NCBI GenBank assembly: GCA_004764695.1
Contig: SMSO01000014.1
Location: 6,128,029 to 6,192,028 of the forward strand
Reading direction: 5' to 3'
DNA from: Schizochytrium sp. TIO01
Taxonomy: Eukaryota; Protista; Bigyra: Labyrinthulomycetes
Length of the DNA stretch: 64,000 bases
Shown: positions 58,583-64,000 of the stretch, piece by piece
Layout of the letters: each line of letters starts with the position of its first letter
Numbering within the stretch: the first letter of the stretch is position 1
Translations under genes and position numbers: made by a program
The notes under the pieces: generated by a model
Told to the model about the DNA's origin: nothing
Databases searched by the model: none
The model's input: the letters and a program-made list of their open reading frames with translations, nothing else

Positions 58583-60542
58583 AGCAGGTGTCGCAGAACA
58601 GTGCTGACACTCAATTTGAGGAGAAACAACAAACCAAGCAAAACTTCAGCAGATTGAGCACTGCCGTTTCTGACGGTAACCAGCTTGGACAAGACAGCAG
58701 ACAACACACAAAGAGCCTGGATGTGTAGGCGGCTGCAAGTGTGAGACTACTTTTGCATTTGATGAGTGTGATTTGGCAATTGGTGTTGTAAGTGCGTTTT
58801 AGAAATTTGGAGTTTCTTGTCTTATTGAGAGTTCGGCATAGAGAGTGCTATGCACGATCAGTGCAACTTGAACTGATGCCTCTCGTCGTTGAAACCATTC
58901 AATTACTTGTTCGGGACGGCCTTTTGCCCTTTTCACGGCTTGGGCCTTCAAGGGATACTTGAAAACAGAGGATCATGAAGATATAGCTGGCTAGATATCA
59001 ATCAGAGATAGCAGCAGTCCGATTTATTTTTAGTAGTAAGTCTCTGCCTTTTTGCCTGCCCCAAAATAGGAATCATAAATTGCTTGTAGAAACCATTCCT
59101 GGTCATTCGAAGATGAATTCTGCAGTGATCAAGTCTACTGATGTACCCGCTCGACCCAGGGAAGCAGTTCTATCTGCGAGTGCGTAACACTGGCAAGAGC
59201 CTCTGTCAGCAAGAATTGGAGTCGAGGCCAAGCCAATCTGGACCCTGCCGCTGAGCCACGACAACGCCGGACGGCTTCTACCATGCCCAAGGCAGGGAGC
59301 AGGCAAGGGCAGGTTGACTGAACGAAAGGAGAGAGGAAAGGAAGATGGACAAAAAGGAAATGAGAACTCTGAGGGGACAAATGAATCAAGCATACATTCT
59401 CAAGGTTTCTCTCTGCTTGAAGATCACCACAAAACATGTACGCAAGAGGAAGCAATGAGAAAAAGGCACCGCAACGGTCGTCACAGAATGCCAGATCGCA
59501 GCGCTCTGGTCAGTTGTGGCATCATCTCAGTGTTGGATGTCGCTGAGTCAAACGTAGGAAAGAAAAGGAAATACTAACTGTCCCATATATAAACCTAGTT
59601 CTTTTTCTTCTTCTTTTAAAGATTAAATTTTAAAAAAACAAAAACAATTATTTCACATGGCAAGTTCATGTTTTATTTATTTAGTTGTTTAGTTTTTCAA
59701 TTAAATAGAAATTATACATAATTGTAAATAATATAAATAATAACCATGGCGAGTCTTCTTACTGACGCTAAAACTAAACTTTTTTCAAGTTTCTGCTTTC
59801 TATTGTTTTCCATGAAGGAAATGGTTTTACTTACTTTAGGTCTATAAGTAAAGTCGAAGTAGTCAAATCAAGATTAAGACCGAGTTCGTAGAAGGGCCTT
59901 GGCAAAGCAAACAGCAAACGGCTTAGCGAAACCTCACTACTACAGAAAGAAGCAACAGTTATATTATAATTCCCCATAGCAGCCGCAAAGATTGGCGAGG
60001 AAACCCGAGCTAGGTGGTGAGACATGATGGAAACGAGATTTTTTTTTCACCTTGATCTCGTTTTGCATATGATCAATACGGAGCATTCTAAAATATATTG
60101 AGCTCTGAGGGAATGCAAGCCTTTGTTTACTCCAGCGGGACTATATCCTAGGATGTGTAACCTATGACAGGGCTTTGAGGTTGTTTGTGAACAGCAAGGC
60201 TTTGAGCTCAATCTTGAAGACCTACTATGATCATGGAAATTCTCAATGCTAGAAAACGTTTGCTTTTTTAGTCGTACTTACCTCTAGCTAGGTAGTAATG
60301 ATGAATTATTTGAAAGAAAGAAAGAAAGAAAGAAAGGAATATTTTATTTTTAACTTTTAAAAAAAGGAAAAAAAGGAAAGAAACGAAAGTCGATGAATCA
60401 AAATGTCGCTCACCAAGACTACCAGAGCTCAATCGCATCGTCCTTCCGTGCAAGGTCTGCGCTCGCGCAGCTTAGGGGTATATAGCAGCGTGTGGCGGCT
60501 GGGTTGAGCAGATTGGCTGCCTAGTCGGCAGTGCCAGCCGCC

Positions 60543-62507
60543 ATGGAGGGTCATGAGCCATCGCTGGAGCTCGACCTAGACCCCATGGCACTCGAGGCCT
60601 TCCATGCTCAGCACGGGAACAATGGCCCGAGGCATCGTCAGCAGCACTCGCAACAATCAGCGAATCACTCTCTTCACTCTGTGCAAGACCACTCTCAATC
60701 TCAGGCGCAGCCTAATGCTCACGGAGAGGAGATCTTTCGACACAGTAGAAACTTGGACGGTCTCGAACAACTTCAGCCCCAAAATCAACATCACCAAAAT
60801 AGGCATCACGAGCAGCCTCGAAACGAAGACCACTATGAGAATCAAAGGATCCAGATGCGCCACATGGAGCAGGGCCGCCATCTAGATCTTCATGACCAAG
60901 TTCAAGCCCACGCTGGAGATGGACACGAAATGCAACATTTGCAGATGCAGCACAGTAACGAGGGGGAAGAGTACTTTGTAGGTGAGTTTGCAATCATGAC
61001 CAAGGCAGAACCCGGCGCAGACTCAGAAAGCAACGATTTGGTGAGTCAAGATGGAGGCGCACAGCAGATGGACCAGGAGTGGCTTGAGGAAAAGAGGCGT
61101 GCAGTAGCCAAAGCAAGTAAAACAGCTCGCCAGAAAAAGAAGCGCGAAATGGCTGTACTGCTGGAAGAGAACAAGCGTCTTCACGCAGAGAGGGCTGAAT
61201 TCTTGCAAAAGATTGAAGACCTTGTCGCGAAAGTGCAGGAAATGCGCGAAGGAGGTGATATTGATACACATATTGAAAATGAACTCTTAAAAGCGCAGCT
61301 TGAGGAGTACAAGACCTTTGTCGGAGCACTGCAGCGTATGGCGACAGGTATCCCGACAAATGATGATACTAAACGTAGGCTTTATAAAAAGGGTGCAGAC
61401 TATGCTATATCGTGCGTCCTATCCCTTCTTACGCGAAGCGTTCGCGAGAAGAGTTTATGGCAACGTGGAAAGCTGCCCGTGGAGATTGCAGTGAAGGATG
61501 GCAAGACGAACCTTGCCATGTGGTTTCGCTACATTCATGACTTTAAGCCTGAGTCCTCCAACCTTTCACCTCATTCTGGATTGGCACCTGGCGGCAAGGG
61601 TAGTGGGAATGCTGTGGGCGCAACAGGTTCAACAGGTGGTGGTGTTCGCTTGCAGGTGCGTGTTGATCAGCTGATTCCGGGCGTGGACCCCAAGTCTTTA
61701 GCTGATGTGTATTGGTCATTGTGGAATGATCAGAACGTGACTCAACAGTTTTTTCAATATGCTGACTCCAAGAAAAATTGGGAAAAAATTAATGTGGAGC
61801 ACGTTATTTCGGAGAGCATTAGCCGTGAACAAGCAACAAGGCATAGATGTGAGCTTCCATCAACGTCAGCAACTGGTGGACCAAATTTGGAGGAGGAACC
61901 ACCACAGCTTATTAAAGTGTCCTACACGCGACAGAATGAACCTGATGCAGATTGGGTCTATGTCTCAACGCGCGCAAAACAGGATCTTTCACAAACAGCT
62001 TTACACTTGCCCATGGATGAAGTTGTCGGGGCATCGTCATCGTCAACTAACTCTAGAAGTCCAAATGGTAAAGTCACCAAAGCACGTGGAGGGCGTAAAC
62101 GCGCGCGTACAGACGATACCAAAGAGGCGGAGGAGTTGAGATGTGCAACCTGTCATGTATTAGCTCGGTCTACTACTACTCATCATAAGCTGATGCTGCC
62201 ACCGGACGCATTGGAAGAACTTCAGGCCACTGATGGTGCTAATAACCAGCACCGGACTATTAATTCATTCTATGTAGAGGGTTGTGTGGTTTGGGATGCA
62301 GAGATGTCTGCACCTGGCGACCCTCCCGTGAGCCGTATGTCAGTGCTTTTGAGTCTTCCAGAGACATTCAATCAGCGTTGGCTATCTGGGTCTCGTAGTA
62401 TTGTCAACGAACAGGGAGAAGTAACGCTTCAGTTTTGCAAGTATGTCCGAGGTTTCGGCACTCTGCTCGCAGAGAAACTGCTCGCACAACGTAAACAAAC
62501 ATGCTAA
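60543..62507 (+). CDS. Atypical bZIP transcription factor with His/Gln-rich N-terminus and long C-terminal domain
   Basis: Basic region KRRAVAKASKTARQKKKR, followed by heptads L-L-F-L-M starting exactly 10 residues after the conserved Arg (MAVLLEENKRLHAERAEFLQKIEDLVAKVQEM). ATG in the context GCCGCCATGG at 60543. Confidence 0.8.
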   Translation: MEGHEPSLELDLDPMALEAFHAQHGNNGPRHRQQHSQQSANHSLHSVQDHSQSQAQPNAHGEEIFRHSRNLDGLEQLQPQNQHHQNRHHEQPRNEDHYENQRIQMRHMEQGRHLDLHDQVQAHAGDGHEMQHLQMQHSNEGEEYFVGEFAIMTKAEPGADSESNDLVSQDGGAQQMDQEWLEEKRRAVAKASKTARQKKKREMAVLLEENKRLHAERAEFLQKIEDLVAKVQEMREGGDIDTHIENELLKAQLEEYKTFVGALQRMATGIPTNDDTKRRLYKKGADYAISCVLSLLTRSVREKSLWQRGKLPVEIAVKDGKTNLAMWFRYIHDFKPESSNLSPHSGLAPGGKGSGNAVGATGSTGGGVRLQVRVDQLIPGVDPKSLADVYWSLWNDQNVTQQFFQYADSKKNWEKINVEHVISESISREQATRHRCELPSTSATGGPNLEEEPPQLIKVSYTRQNEPDADWVYVSTRAKQDLSQTALHLPMDEVVGASSSSTNSRSPNGKVTKARGGRKRARTDDTKEAEELRCATCHVLARSTTTHHKLMLPPDALEELQATDGANNQHRTINSFYVEGCVVWDAEMSAPGDPPVSRMSVLLSLPETFNQRWLSGSRSIVNEQGEVTLQFCKYVRGFGTLLAEKLLAQRKQTC

Positions 62508-63429
62508 CCTATCACTATAAAACATGCCATTTGATAAATCAAACCGTAACATTTTTCTTTCTTTTTTTCTTTCTTTCACTGTAGCATTCCTAGATCGCCA
62601 TGAACATTTTATGTAAACCTTGGCAGACTAATTCAGTAGTCAGTGATAGCTTAATATCTTTCTTCAAAATCCTGCGAAATTATGTATACTATAAAAAGTG
62701 ACAAGAAGATTAGCTACACTCACAACATTAAGAAAATTGAGAAATAAATAACATCCATTCAACCTATAGATAGCTAGATCTATGCTCCATGATTAAGAGA
62801 GGAGTGTCATCAAGAAAATCACAAGCTCAGGCTAGTAAAAAGTGAGAAGGCAAAAAGAGGTAAAATTATTTAGACAGGAGTTCAAGAACGACAATCAAGC
62901 AACACGAGTCTCTACAGACATCAGCACACCATCAGGAGAGCGCATCTGGTGTGGAAAGGTGAGGGACTTGTCATAGTGATATAACAGGTCAAACTGGGGA
63001 GGGGGGTGGAGGTATCATCGAGGTGAACGATCGCCTCGCATGCAGCAGTTACTGTTGTCTGGAGAAATTCTGCAAGCCGCGAATCACTTCCGGCCCAGCA
63101 GAATATCTATCTCAGACAGGATCCTAATGCCCAGCTCTTGATGTCGGTACTGGAGCACAGGAATGTTGAACGTAGCTATAGAGTATGGATGCTTCTGGGA
63201 ACAGACAAGCACATCATTTCCTATATATCAATCGGGAACCTCACATGCAATACAATTTGCAGAGATGCCAATCAACATAGTATCGTCACATCATCATTGA
63301 ATATAATACTCTTCAACTATCTTGTTATCAAACAAGAAGCATAACTGATCACAGTATGCTTTCACTTTCATGAATATAAAAGAGTATACATGAACATAAC
63401 GACCAAAGGTGTATCAGAATTCATCTTCC

Positions 63430-64000
63430 TTAGAAGGTGTTGCGTGCACGGAGTTCCGCAATAGCATCCTTGATGGGCAGCAGGTCAACCTTGCCAGTCT
63501 TCCGGTCCATAAGTTCGACACGAGGGTTCGCCTCATCCAGCGCGTGTTTACCAACAATGATAATGTCTGGGTACCCCACAAGCTTTGCTTCCGCCAATTT
63601 TGCCCCCAGCGATTCCTTCCACCTATCATCTAACAGCACGTCCAACTCCTGCGGCACCTCATCACAGAACTCGCCTGCTTTCTTTGCGTATTCCTCCCTT
63701 GCCTTTGCGTTCCCCGGTGCCGTAACAACAACGCAATTATACGGCGCCACGCACCTTGGCCAGATAATGCCATCCTCGTCCGCTCCTCCATCGGCCTCGA
63801 TCATCACGGCCATAAGTCTTGAAATTCCAATTCCATAGCAGCCCATGATCAGTGGCTTTCTGGTTCCATCCGGGGCCTGGCTATGCGCATTAAACGCCTC
63901 GGAGTACTTGGTGCCAAGCATGAAGGTGTGACCGATCTCAATTCCGGGTCTGACTTTAAGTTCACCACTCCCACCACAGGAGCACGCTGGGTCTGTGCAT
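63430..64000 (-). CDS. PARS2: Prolyl-tRNA synthetase, bacterial/organellar type, 3' part (truncated by the window edge)
   Basis: The frame is open to the window end and reads GIEIGHTFMLGTKYS, MGCYGIGISRLMA and GIIWP..VAPY. The anticodon-binding domain reads VLLDDR..SLGAKLAEAKLVGYP. Confidence 0.93.
   Translation of the reverse strand, partial: CTDPACSCGGSGELKVRPGIEIGHTFMLGTKYSEAFNAHSQAPDGTRKPLIMGCYGIGISRLMAVMIEADGGADEDGIIWPRCVAPYNCVVVTAPGNAKAREEYAKKAGEFCDEVPQELDVLLDDRWKESLGAKLAEAKLVGYPDIIIVGKHALDEANPRVELMDRKTGKVDLLPIKDAIAELRARNTF

Overview
This is eukaryotic nuclear DNA, not bacterial. It has GT-AG introns with CTAAC-type branch points, abundant microsatellites, and ciliary and heterotrimeric G-protein genes. 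The overall style suggests a flagellated stramenopile such as a thraustochytrid/labyrinthulomycete; this is an inference that I cannot confirm without a search. About 13 protein-coding genes are supportable. In order they are a G-protein gamma subunit, dynein light chain roadblock (2 exons), a coiled-coil orphan, a DZIP1-like protein, a scramblase/tubby-fold protein and an EF-like/ASH-domain ciliary-type protein. These are followed by a KEA4-6/TMCO3-type CPA2 antiporter, ALG14 (2 exons), a large NAA40-like acetyltransferase, an SGNH arylesterase-like protein (2 exons), a stand-alone DNA 3'-phosphatase, an atypical bZIP and the 3' end of a bacterial-type prolyl-tRNA synthetase. Three gene-poor, microsatellite-rich stretches (~14-25, ~31-41 and ~48-55 kb) separate the gene clusters. 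The most notable observations are: (1) a NAA40-like domain fused to putative Tudor/KOW modules and two C2H2 fingers; (2) a CPA2 antiporter lacking its ion-binding Asp and Thr; (3) an SGNH hydrolase with an altered oxyanion hole, a large insertion and a +1 frame break at a stop codon; (4) a Val-type bZIP with tandem C/EBP-type palindromes upstream; and (5) a cryptic multi-exon transcript at 17.4-18.7 kb. I found no rRNA, tRNA, CRISPR array or recognisable transposon. I cannot demonstrate a multi-gene novel system; the novelty lies at the level of single genes.
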